DNA of 64,000 bases from the NCBI GenBank assembly GCA_043228905.1, contig JBHGNT010000003.1:25172001-25236000 (forward strand). Reading direction: 5' to 3'. The translations under genes were made by a program, and so were the position numbers. The notes under the pieces were generated by a model. That model was not told the DNA's origin and searched no databases. It saw only the letters and a program-made list of their open reading frames with translations. This document shows positions 41,139 through 54,400 of this stretch, piece by piece. Positions within the stretch are counted from its first letter, which is position 1. Every line of letters starts with the position of its first letter. The stretch comes from Azolla caroliniana (taxonomy: Eukaryota; Plantae; Polypodiophyta).

Positions 41139-41506
41139 GTACGTACTATATATATAACTTTCTCTTCTATCCCTGGTTTTCTATGTATATTTCTTCATGT
41201 AAGTGTGTTCCCCGTTTGTTTGTAAATATTGTGCGTATTTAATGCTACGCAATGGACTTCTCAACCTATATTTTTACCTGGTTCTCTATGTAATGTTGTT
41301 CTCTCTTCAATATTCCTTAGTCTTTATTATATACTTGTTTTGCATTATTGTCAATCTCAGTTCAGGTGTTGGTTGAAGGGGAATTTTATGAGCTCATGCA
41401 AAACAAATACAGGAATTGATGTGCATTCCCCCCAGATGCTGCAATTTGTGAATTCTCTTAAATTAGTTTTTTTCTTATTTTGGCTATGTATGTGCATACA
41501 TACACA

Positions 41507-42584
41507 CATAGAACGTAATATTCATGTTCGTGCAAGCATTCCAACGTTTGGAAACGAACACGTTTGAAATGGGAAAAATACGTGCTCCTTTTTTCTTTCT
41601 TTTTTTTCATTTATTACCATTACAATATAGCTCACCCTAGTGGTAAGGAGTCATGCTATTGCTGTCTACGTCTTGGGTTCGATTCCCAATTTTCTCATCT
41701 CTTTTTCTCTCTCATTAGTACCATGTCATAGCAAAATTTCATACTAGTGTTATAATAGTTTCTTTCTTTTATTTTATTATTATTACAACTAAGCACAACC
41801 TAGTGGTAAGTTGTTGTGCTACTATTATTTGTGACTTGGGTTCAATTCCCAACTTTCTCATATCCTCTTGTTAGTGTCATGGCAAATTTTTATGTTAGTG
41901 TCATGTTCCTTTTTCTTCTTTTTCTTTCTTTCTTTGTTATTAGAAATTAGCTCACCCGAGTGGTAAGTTGTTATGCTACTACTGCCTATGTCATGGCAAA
42001 TTTTTATGTTAGTGTCATGTTCCTTTTTCTTTCTTTCTTTGTTATTAGAAATTAGGTCACCCTAGTGGTAAGTTGTTATGCTACTACTGCCTATGTCATG
42101 TTTTCTTCTTATTCTCGAATATACGTTTTATGAGTTTTTGATCGTTTCTTTTTTTCTTTCTTTGTTATTAGAAATTAGGTCACCCTAGTGGTAAGTTGTT
42201 ATGCTACTACTGCCTATGTCATACGTTTTATGAGTTTTTGAATGTTTGATTATAATTTATAATGACATATTTTGATTCAATCTCTATAGTTCATACTCAT
42301 TTTTTTGTAAAGTTCTAAAGTGAGGATGATAGAGATGTCTTGATTCGCATCCCAAAAGTATGCATGTGATACAATGCAAATATTGCAACCATACTTATGT
42401 TGGTGGTTCACAATGGATTAGAGTCCACTTATTAGGATTGAGAGTGAATCAATATATAATATAGACCCTAGTCAACCCAATCCAACTTGTCAATCCAATC
42501 CAACTTTGAGATGATTTACCATACACGTTTGATTGAATCATTCTCGAATGCGAATGCACGTAGATACGTATGGTTCATTCTATG
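41507..42584. mobile_element. Non-autonomous hAT-like DNA transposon, copy 2 (inverted relative to copy 1)
   Basis: Termini CATAGAA...TTCTATG. TSD CATACACA (41499-41506) vs CACACACA (42585-42592), 7/8 match. Reverse complement of 19830-20808 plus extra internal duplications. Confidence 0.87.
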
Positions 42585-45500
42585 CACACACATATATACT
42601 AAAAACTGTATGATGGCAAGAGAGTGATCACATGAAAATGCTCTGATGAATCGTTTGGATCAATATTTTCCTAGTCTTTTCTAATTTCCAAAGTAATTTG
42701 GTTGTCAAAAGAACTGTTTTTGTGCAAGGTATTAGGTTGTGCTAAGAGTTATGAGTGGGGCTGGTGCTTGTAGAAGGTCATGCTGTGCAGTGAGGATGGT
42801 GATGGTGATGATAAAGAAAAGTTGTGTTTTTACCTGATGATGTTGATGACAATGGTGAGCAAAAGAAAAGTTGGGGTTTTAACTGTTGGTGATGGCAGCG
42901 GTGGCAGTGGCAGTGGCGATGATGATGATGGGATTGTCAGTCATGGTGTTATCGGATGGTGGTGATGATGGCCAGAGGGAAAGTTGTGTTTTTACCGATG
43001 ATGATGATGCTCATTTGCTGTGTTGATGCTCAACAACCAACTGGAGATCTGTCTACATCTATTTCATCATAAAGTGTGCTATAATTTCACATGGTTTTTG
43101 TGTATATGTTTTTTAGTTTGATGCTGTAAACATTCAATGGGTTTTTGTTTTAATATATTTCTCTTTGAATCAATCTTCTAAATTAACTTACGCATTGTGG
43201 TAATGCTGAGGTTGATAATTAGGTTAGCTTCCTGATCAATGTTGATAATGGTCATGGTGAAGAGAGAAGGGTAATTATTATATCCTTGATAAAATTGTGA
43301 TCAATGAAAAACCTAATAATCGTGGAAAAGTTTTCTATGCACATCAAGGTAGTTAGTAGCATATAACGCACAAAATGGATTTATAGTTACATACCATGTT
43401 TAGCAATTTAGGATGGATTGCTTTTATTGTGATCAGATGTATTTTATTATTATTTTTATGTCATCTGCTTTTAATTAGTGCCATTCCCACCCTTCTTTGA
43501 TTGACAGCTTGGAGTGCTTAAAATGTTTGCAACACCTGCTCGATTCACCAGCTTCATTGACACGGTTGTCATATAATTGCTTGTAGTCAAAATTTGCAAA
43601 TTGTGGTTTCAAGTTGAAAAGTTCCTCTCTTGGGTTTTTGATTCAAGCCTTGTCAACATTTTATTGACATGTAGAATCTCAAGTACGATAACATTTTGAA
43701 TCAGCAACAAACTTGCAAGTGAAAGAGATATATTGATGATTTATCTTGCAAATTTGTCTTGCAAAATGGGGATTATTATAACTAGAAATTTGTTTCATCC
43801 ATTGAGCTGAATTAGAACGCATCAATTTTTGTATATTGACTTTTTCTTATAAATGTCTCTCCTCTTTGGAAGTGTTTGTAAATGGATGATGAGACACTTA
43901 TGTTGTTTAGTAAAAAATATGAAGTGAGATAGTGCCACCCCACACTTCCACTCCATAAAAGCAACACTTGAACCACCATAGCAATGAATAACATCAATCT
44001 CACTTACCATCCTTGAGTATATTGCATTGATTCTTGAACATATAATAACTGTTCCAACCAGCTTGAAGTCTAGACTCATAATGTACATTCCACCATTTTG
44101 CCAATGAGATGAAACATAGAGACTATCAATTGAAAATGTGTACATGGATTGCAACTCAATACATGCCTAGATGTATTTTGTAATGATGGGTGGCATATGC
44201 AAATTTCGTTGATTTGGTAGAAACAACCCAAAAGAGCAAGGGATAATTCAAGGCGTCTTCTCTAGGAACACCCATTTACTTGGCAATGTCTACTTGGCGT
44301 GTTGTTACAATCTAAATTCCATGACCATTTGTAGTTGTGAACAAGTGAATGAGCACTTTATTGATCTACTTTAAAATTTTCCCATGTAATACTTTTCATG
44401 TACCAAGTCACCCAATTGTGCTCCTACCCATAATGACCTAGGACACATGATGTTTTGTGAGCGTAAAGGGAACTAGCAACCTTCGCTTAAAGATGTCATT
44501 GATATTCGGTGTGGCAAAGCTCTTTGTATTTTGGATCCATGGTAAGTTGAACTTACAAGGTATAATACCAAGGCCATATTTGCCATTTCAGGATGCACAT
44601 CTCAAGTTTTGGAACCACGGTTAGTCAAGCTTCCAAGGTATAATGTAGCACCAAATTGGGTAGTATGGGTCTTTGGTTTGGGATTTATATTTGTCTCTTG
44701 TCCTTTGCTTAGGAGTGATTAGTGTAGCCAAACATCTTGAATCTATCTTCGTTCTTAACTGTTTAATTAATTGGTCATCGTGAGAATTGATCGTTGATGA
44801 TTTTTTTAATTACCATCCCCCACACATAATTTCTAAACATTCTTTTAGCTTGTCGGCTTTTACAACACAACCTTAAGCCCGTTGTTATCTATAATGCATG
44901 GGTCTAATACTAGGACAATATGAACCATTCACGATCAACCTTATTTATCATTCCCTACTCAATACAAAATAATATTTTTCATGTACCATTCTGTACTCAT
45001 TACTTTCGAAGTTTTGTAAGCTCTTTGGCTTTAAACCGTAGGATCTTGGCCTTTTGTCATTTATTTTGTAAGAGGACAATATAAACTACTCACAACCAAC
45101 AAATTTTTGTGCATTCAACTTAGCATGCAATATTGGCTATTTAGGTGCTTCCTTCAACAATTCTTTTTTGGATGTTTCAACTCCATCGGGGCCGCCCTTG
45201 AGGCCATCATATTGGCTCTTTAGAGGGGCTACAACTTCACTCCATATCTCTTGCATTAACATTATTGGATGGGCGGTTTGGTTGGAGAAGACCTGTCCAC
45301 ACTGATGTTTCTATAGAATCCAAAGAGTTATTGGACTGACCAATCCAAAGAGTTATTGGACTGATTGGATATTGCCGATGGTGGAAAAGAGAACCTCTTG
45401 TGCTTTTATCACCAAAGTCATCCCCTCTTCCTGATGCTCGTACTTGTCAACTGGGGCTTGCCATGATAACCAACATACGTTTCCCCACTTGATTGTGCCT

Positions 45501-48500
45501 TGCACATGCCATAATTGTAATAGGCGGCCAACTCCCCATCATATTATTCGATGGGTCTCTAGGCAGTCCCACAGAACGTGTCGAATTGATTCTAGTTCAT
45601 TTGGGCACACTAAACAAATAGGAGAGCTAAGGTTCCCACGCTACCACACTCCAACCGGTAGTGACTTATATATTAATAGTCATTGGAACGTGGTAATTCT
45701 CCTTGCCTGTTGTTGTTTCCAAATTTTCTGCCAAAACATGGTGATAATTGTGTGAGGAACATGATATGTGTGCCAGACCTTTGCAGTAACCGACTCTCTT
45801 TAGGATTTTGCTTCACTTTGTTTGAGGTTAACACTCATAATGTAAATGCATATCTCAATGTGAGTGTATGTTGGTAAATATATATTGGTAGTAATATTGG
45901 TGGTGTACATATTTGATGTAGGAACATGTTTTTTATATTATAGTGTGTGCATTTATTGTGCCAAGTGTGTGTATTCATTTATTTGTTGTATATGTATGTG
46001 CATGCTAGTCATTGGCATTGTATTCTTAGTATTATGTTTTTTGTCATGTTTATAATCGATGAGGTTCTTTCCTGTTAGTACTTGTAAATGTTACAACAAC
46101 AGATGTAAGGATGTGCCAATCTAATTGTATGTATGTGCACACATGTTCATGCATTGCTAGTACTAATGTACTTTGTATTCTTATTGTTGGGTGTGAGTAT
46201 ACACGAAGAGTTGTAAGGTGTTTTGTTAGTAATGTTTGGGTTATTGTGCATTTGTGCCATACATTAATAACTATGAAGTGCATTGTTTGTATATGTTATT
46301 GTCATGTAAGGTGCACTTTGTGAGTAATGTTGTTAGAAGATCATCATTGTACGGTAGCCATGATATAGGTAAAATCCATGGAGTCATTGCACTACAAAGT
46401 GGGAAATAGTAAAATTGTCTCCTATTTTACGATGGGGTGGTGGATAATGTGGATCTTTGCCTTGCTTTGGGTGCAAAGATAGTTATTCATTGTATATTTG
46501 CGTGTTTATTGACATGCTTTTAAACCCTCAAATTTATTAGTACTTGCGAAATAAGTGGGAAACATGCGGCTAAGCCGGAAGCATGTCTTCGCATAGGACA
46601 CATTGATTGGCTTTCCAATGCTCGAAAGATTTGGATAACAACTTAATAAATGGGCAAAAAATTAACTTTTGAAGTAAATCTTTTAACCCTCATAAAAATG
46701 GTGTAAAACGCTCGTATTTTTAGATAGCGAAAAGTATCGAAACTTGAAATTCAATAACTATGTTAGCCTATCGTTCGTCTAGTAAAGACCCTATTTGGAT
46801 GAAAACTAACATCATACACACACTTTAAAGAGGGATAGTGGAGAAAATTTGATCTTACACGATTTGGATGAACTACTTGAAGAGGGCATTTTGTGAGAAT
46901 TAGATATTCGCTAATTTTGATTCTAATTGAACATTGACCAAGCATATAATACCTTCGATCCCATTTCCCTTTTAAATTAGAGAAGGTAATAAGCCAAACT
47001 CATTAGGCATACAACATTATTTGTGACATCGTCTCTTTCAAACAAATTAGTTGTTGATAAGTTAATTTTGAATGTTCAACTCCAACCAAAGTATTGTTAT
47101 TCTATGATACTAACTTTCAAAATGAGATTACGGAATGAAATAATGTATGCATCCCTTTGACTCAAGATTGCATGAAATGTAGAATAATAAAATTTGGAGA
47201 ATATTAGGATATGAGGAAGTGGTAGGGCCATAGATGTAGAAAAATAAACATATACTATACTAAAGAAAGAGATGATGTGGATGAGGTAGTGGTGCCTTAT
47301 GTTGACCTTCCAAATTATCACAACCTTTTTTGTTGAGACGCACTGGGCAATTTACGTCAGGTATCTAGAAAATAACAAGAAATAGAATTTTTGAATGGGT
47401 GGAGATAATCATTTCATGTCACCCTTGTGTAGAATCGAAACTAAGTCATCATGAAGGATGGTGTACAAATGTAAGAATCCAAAAGAAGTTTAGTTTATTG
47501 GGGTTCTTGTCATATCCACACACACAGGCACGTAAGATATATGTTATATAATATAACCACAATACAAAGAAGACATGATAATGTGGAATGAAACGGTTAC
47601 ATTTTGAATTGTTTCTTCACATGCTCATTTTGCCAACTTGTTATGAGCATTCAATCAACAAGCTTCTATGCCATGAATGGCATTGTAATCTACTAAAACA
47701 TCAAGGACATGCCAAATTTAATAAATTCAAATGCATGCCAACATAGGTCTCATTAATATTAGCTATTATTTTGTTTTGTTCACATTGATATCGTTAAAAT
47801 ATTTCTTTAATGCAAGATTTTATGATGCCATGCAAAATATTATTGGCTTCACCCCTTGCAATCAATCATTGACAATTTTGTGTGGTTCTCGGTCCCATCA
47901 CTCTATTCATGGTAATGTCTACTAGTCTGATTAGGTAATATTATCCAAATCTACCATTCTCTCCATCTTTTCTTTTTTTGTCAATGGAATTGGTAGCAAT
48001 AAGTGATGGTCATTTTCATTAGATGGACTATATTCCTCAAATGGAGGGAAATTTGGTTGGATTTGTGTATACATAGGGACGTTAAGAGTCAAGACTTCAA
48101 TGATTATATTGGTTGAAAAACGGAGCAAGCTATGAAGATGCTAAGAGAAATGCATGTGAAGCAAGCATAAAGCCTAAAGAGACATTGCATTCGCATAAAG
48201 ATGCCTTGCAACGTGTCCGACCACAAAAAATATCTTAAGACACTTACATGGCCTAATTTGCGACACAAGTGGATTTAGACACACGTGTGAACATTGTATA
48301 GGATATTTAATCATTTACTCACTTGTAGTATTTAACTTAATGATTCAAGCATGCATTTAACCTATAATACGCAATTAAGGTAGATCATGAAAATAACTCA
48401 ATCATTTGGTGGTAACTAAGTTATTAACCATTAAGTTAGAGGGAATGAATCATTATCATGAAGAAATGAATAGCCATAACTATAAGACGACTTCAATGAA

Positions 48501-51500
48501 TAAATTGCTTGACATTAAAAAAGAGAAGGGCAACAAGACAAACTCCAGCTCATGTGTGGGTGTGTCCAAGAAGCTTTTTGAGCAGATAATCACGGTTCGG
48601 TTTTATTCATAAGAAATTCTCTTGAGCAAGCTAGAAAAAGTACGAGTCACACATTTCATAAGGCGCCTTGAATACAAGGTACCAACTTAGTACTAGAGGT
48701 TTAACTTAGCCTTCAATAGGTCATAATGTCCTTAAACACACATGACATGTCTCTCATACCTATAAATACAATTACTAAAAATGCGGTAGTAACATTATGG
48801 CATAAATGTATCTTTTTGTAGTTGTCATTCATAATTTGGTCCTCAATCTTGTAAATACTTATGGGTTTCTCCTGATCAACAATCTATCACCTACACCACC
48901 ATCCTTGAGATTACTAAAGAAATCATGAATCCATTGTCGGTGAAAAGCCACAAGTCGCGATGGCTAATTCATCACATGCGATATTTCTAAAGAAGTTTGA
49001 TATTCGAGGGGTACTTTTTGGGAAATTTGGTAGTGTTCTCAACAATAAATACGTCTAGCTTTAGAGAGTAGAGAAAATATCTATGCATTTGCATCTCCCA
49101 AAAACACGAATTGACATCAAACGCTTAGAGTTAACATCTATGCTTGGCTTGAAATAATCACGAGCGTGAAAGATAACACAAAAAGATGTGCAATGATCCC
49201 GCTAGTTCTCATGTCAACAATATTGTAAACAATGTTGTTCGGGTTGAACACTTTGGCAAGAGAGACTATCACAAATCAATCACTATCAATAGCTCAAAAC
49301 CCCCCTCCTGTTACTAGCATCACTGCAATTGCACTCCACCCACCCAGATCTCAACAATACCAGCACAATGCATCCTTTTAAAACACTAACACTTTAAAAA
49401 TTTTCAAAACAAGGAAGGGTTTATGCAATTTTTACTACAAATGAGAAAAACCTTCTTTTCTTTGTATATACTATATATTAAGAGAATTTCTCTTTTCTTC
49501 TTAAGCTCATCTCTCATAAAAATAAAGTTTCAAATAGAAATTAGTCTTATCATACATGACCATATAATTAGTTCCAAAAACATGGGCGTCATGAAGTTTT
49601 GTATAGTGCCTCATACTTGACACAAAGGCAATCAGGGGATAATTACAAGAAATTTTTCTTAGTGATTAGCACCCCCTTTGGGACTAATCAATTACAATTC
49701 TAGTGGACCTGCTAATAATGAGGTAATTAGTGCTAGAGTAAGGAGTGCTTCCGACCATACCCTCCCCTCACCGGGCAATAGGCTTCATGTTGTGTGCCCT
49801 TGTAGTCATGGTTGAAGACATCCCAAATAAACCCATAAAAATAACAAACCCATAGAAAAGACAATACTTTGAATTAAAACAATCTTTTTAAATCAGTGTA
49901 CTAGAGAGAAAAATTTCAAAATTTCCATGCATTAGAGAGAAAAATGAAGAGATGTAAGAAGCTTTTAAGAGGTCATCCTCATCTCTAGAATCATGGTTCA
50001 TAGTGGGTTGCTCAAGGCTCTTTAATTGTGGAGTCAAATCCTATGGTTTTATGACGAACCAATGCTAACTCAACCTCCAATTTAAGTATCATCCAAAGGA
50101 TCCAAAATGAGTATTTTTAGGGTTCATGCTTTTGCAAGTTAACAATGAAATGAATAATAAGAAAATAGACATCGGTTATGAAATCTTTGCCAATGTCTTT
50201 ATGCCATAATTAATGGATCCATCTCCTGGGTCGATAAGAATTTATATCGCATCTCTTCCATATCAGGTCCTAAAAGGATTTTCATCTCTTGAGTCAATCT
50301 GAGATGATAATCCAAGTATGAGCATTTCCCAACATATGCAGCTGGCACACTAATAATAGTCTGAGAAATTTGACAGATAGAGAATTTAGAGGTGTTAGAC
50401 TGACTCATCATGCCATAATTGTAGGCAGAGGAATAGTGATATAAGATCTATTGCTTGCTTGAAACAATTTATGTCTATTATGTTCTTCAATGGAATCACT
50501 ATAAATAATGGGCTCTTTTTCTTTTGAAATCTGTATTTAATTGGCTCCTCAATTATACAACTTGGGCATTACAATATGTACATTGAACTAACGCAATGAA
50601 AAATGAATGGCATTTCCTTTATATGACCATAAGCAATTATAGTGAAAGAGATGTCCAATATATACATATATATAGATATCAATCATTACATAAAAGAATA
50701 TAATTTCTTGAGTAAAAGTTTATGTGGAAAACAAATTTCTCTTGAAATTTGGATCTATGAAATTCACATCGACTGGCTTTCGCGTAAAGACTACGCGGAA
50801 CCCAAATTTTTCGAGTTCTATCGTTTCATAGTCCGATAAGGTAATGAGGTTTTTTTTTCTCTTTTACCAATTTTGGGGACTGTCTATTTCAGAGAAGTGG
50901 TCCCCGAAATGGAAATGGATGGGATGGAGGAAGTGGTGATGGCAAGGCATTTTCTACTAGAAAATATTGATCTCATTGTTGACCCCAATGGTTGCATACT
51001 TGGAGAAGGCAATAATGCCAAGGCATTATGCTAACAAAGGGAAAAAAGGATGATTATACATACATTTGGCTAACTAAATTGATTGTTGAATGAGAAAACC
51101 TCATCTTCATGATTTTTTTAAGTGACAATTGGTTCTTTATATAAAGTTGTACTAAAATCTTATTGTCGACGCAATTCATCGATTATATCTAACATTGAAC
51201 CTTATTGCAACCTGTTCTCAGGATCATGCCCTCATCTAGCCATTGGATGGACTAATGAATGAGCAACCTTTTATAGACCATGTAGTATCATGTTAGTTCA
51301 TGTCCCCCCAAGTAATACTCAAAAATCTCGTTGAGCACCATGTAGTACTATAATGGCTTTAGTTCCTTTACAATGTGGTTGATGAAACTCTCTCATTAGT
51401 CATTGCAACAACTCCAATGGGCATCCAGATCAAAATACGTATCTAGTCCAATAGGAATCTAGCTATCTAACATTATTTTGTTGTGTAGCTCCTTACCTTG

Positions 51501-51778
51501 GATCCACGTTGTCCATTGAAAGAGGAGTTTATCCATAATGTACAATAGTTTTGAGCATGCAAAAAGTCGTACTAGTCTTAAGGATAAAGGACTTGAACCC
51601 ATGACCTCCTCAATGTGGCACACCTTTGGGAAACCATGCTTTTCTAGGACCTTGGGAGGGCTCCAAGTTTGAAGTGTCAAATATCCACAGAATCCAAGTG
51701 GCAAGCATGCATTTTTAAAACTAGGTGGAACGCACAAAGGAGTAGAAATATCAAGGATAACTTGATTCTGACAATATT

Positions 51779-52687
51779 TGTTAGTAATGCATGATTGACA
51801 AGTGGTAGAAATTCGAATCCAAGTGGCAAGCATGCATTAGGTGGCTTGCAAAGAAGACTAGAAATATCTCAGGGCTAACTAGTTGTGAAAACATAATATT
51901 GGCGTGATAGTTATGCATGATTGTTGCTAATCATGCAAAGAACTAGGAATATCAAGGATGTTACTCAACATGATTAGTGTGTGTATATATATAGTCTCGT
52001 ATTGATATGGTCTAATTGCTAAGTGACCTTTTTCGTAGCATAGCTAAGTGACCTTTTTCGTCATTGACATTTTTACCCTTGTGGAAATATTGATATGGTC
52101 TAATTGTTTGGTAGCATAGCTAAGTAGCCTTTTTTGTCTTTGACATTTTTACCCTTGTGGAAATATTGATATGGTCTAATTGTTTGGTAGCATAGCTAAG
52201 TAGCCTTTTTTGTCTTTGACATTTTTACCCTTGTGGAAATATTGATATGGTCTAATTGTTTGGTAGCATAGCTAAGTAGCCTTTTTTGTCTTTGACATTT
52301 TTACCCTTGTGGAAATATTGATATGGTCTAATTGTTTGGTAGCATAGCTAAGTAGCCTTTTTTGTCTTTGACATTTTTACCCTTGTGGAAATATTGATAT
52401 GGTCTAATTGTTTGGTAGCATAGCTAAGTAGCCTTTTTTGTCTTTGACATTTTTACCCTTGTGGAAATGTATAGAGTTTTGTCTTCTCCTTCTACCTTTG
52501 TGAGACTCCTTCCAAACCTTCCCCTTCTCCCTTTTGAAAACATCCCTCCTACTTATTAATCCACCACCCTCCTTGCTTGTATCAATAAACATTTCCACTC
52601 ATCCTTGCTTTTATCAATAATCCTTTCTTGGATTTTCTCTCAATATCCCCATTCTCTTGAAAGAGCACATCATTTTTATGATCCAAC
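51779..52687 (+). mobile_element. Putative LTR (TGTT...AACA) containing a tandem-repeat array
   Basis: Starts TGTTAG and ends CCAACA, followed by ATTTGGTTATGA (degenerate PBS-like). A gag zinc-knuckle-like peptide lies downstream (~54100). No second LTR or TSD found. Confidence 0.35.
52001..52468. repeat. 76-bp minisatellite: 5 identical units plus one degenerate unit
   Basis: Unit ATTGATATGGTCTAATTGTTTGGTAGCATAGCTAAGTAGCCTTTTTTGTCTTTGACATTTTTACCCTTGTGGAAAT; GTGGAAAT recurs at 52081, 52157, 52233, 52309, 52385, 52461. Confidence 0.96.
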
Positions 52688-53949
52688 AATTTGGTTATGA
52701 ACAATGTGCTATAGATATGTAAGATTGTTTTGATTGGGAAATATTTGTTGAATATTGACCTTGATTAGTAATTGGCTCCACCAAAGTTCAAGTATCTAGA
52801 GGATCAACATCCATTGTGCTAGTTTACCTATCATGGAGACCAAGTAGAGTACTAAATTGTGGTCCATATGCAAATAATGATAGCCAACGAGCTAGACTTG
52901 TTCAGATTGTCTCATACCAACCATTGTGTAATAGTTTGGATTAACAAATCATTGCATGTGTGGGTGGAACTAATAGGATATATTTGCAAGGGAGATTGGT
53001 AGCAATATTGGTGTTGTAGTAGTAGAGACTTACATTATGAAAAATCGGCCCAAGTTTATCTCCATTCTCTTCTATTTGAAGGACATGAGTTTTAACATTC
53101 TCATTCTCTCTTTCTTTGCAGAGAGAGAGACACTAGATTATAATGAAGTATAACGATAATATCTATAAAAAATTAGATTACACCCCCCAAAGAGTGAAAA
53201 TGAGATGTATGTAATTTGATTAATGGAGAAAGTATAAAGATCATAGATTCTAAACCTTGAACACCCTCGAGAAAAACCTTAAGCGAACGCCTTTCTCAAT
53301 TGGAGTAATGAAAGCCAGTCATGTTGGTAATGAAAGCCAGTCATGTTGGTAACTTTTCATCATGTGGTAACATATCACATGTTTTTATCTATTTAATTAA
53401 TCTCATGTAAGTGATTTAAGTTATAGAGTGGGTTTAGAGTTTTCTTTAGTAGTTAAGTCTATTGTAAGTGGGTACTTGAGGGTGTCTCACTCCCAACCTC
53501 ACTCATCTTGCCTACAAAGGGGTAGACGATGGTATGTTCTCTCGTATATTGACCTTTTTTGGAGGCGGTTCTTCAAAAGAACTCATGACCAAGAATTGAC
53601 TTCAAATAAGGAACTTTTGGTGAGTATTTTGTAACTATGTATAGACTAAGTAGATGATAAAGAACCACCCCCAACCATTAACCACTATGTTTTTATTTTT
53701 TCATTGTGATTTACATCAATAAATTCGTATTACTAAGATTGTGTGTTCACATCATATAGATTTCACTAACAACTATCATGTTGGGTTTTGAATCTTAACC
53801 AAAACCATATCATGTAGAGCTTATTCTAAACTATAGTGCATAGATATATAATAAACTATTGTAAAAAATTATCATGTGGAAGCAATCAATACAACTCTCA
53901 TTGTGTACCCCTACAATTGTTAAACTATCGAGGATTGTTTCTTGTTGAA

Positions 53950-54400
53950 AGGGGAGCCTTGCAATATCATCATAATAGGACCTATGGCAACGATGATAGT
54001 AAATTCAATCAAGAAAGTGTTCTCACATATCTTATTTATATGTTGAGGAATGCATTGTGCGACCAAAGAAGCATACCAGAGGACCCTATGCATTTACCTA
54101 AAATAAAATGCTTCAATTGTAAAGGTCCCCGCATGACTAGTGAGTGCCCCATAAAGCATGGCTATTTCACTCAAAATGCCAATTGAGCACATACCAACAC
54201 TACCTTCTCCACAACCCACCCACAATTGGGTAACAAGGTTCCAATTCAAGGCTACATGCCCTTGTTGTTGTGGTTGGAACCGTTTAATACCTAATTGACC
54301 TAAGAGGAAAGGGGAGGTGAATGTGCACATTTTATCTATTGTACCTAAAAATTGGGGTACCAAGTAGTTAGACGGCTCAACACATGTCTCAAATCATGAA
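53950..54400 (+). mobile_element. Degenerate LTR-retrotransposon gag remnant (zinc-knuckle-like)
   Basis: ORF 53836-54186 contains IKCFNCKGPRMTSECP, a CX2CX3-4HX4C-like knuckle with H replaced by R. Confidence 0.35.

Noticed and set aside
41628-41690. Functional tRNA gene
   Set aside because: The T-arm and boxes are present, but I see no convincing acceptor or anticodon stems, and the module is tandemly repeated inside a transposon.
43800-45800. Degenerate LINE/Gypsy-like fragments
   Set aside because: Hints only, too decayed to assign strand, family or boundaries without a search.
51585-51660. SINE/tRNA-like head on the minus strand (GGTTCAAGTCC B-box-like)
   Set aside because: Isolated B-box match with no clear A-box, tail or TSD.
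52001-52468. 76-bp repeat array as a CRISPR array
   Set aside because: Units are head-to-tail with no unique spacers, there are no cas genes, and the context is eukaryotic.
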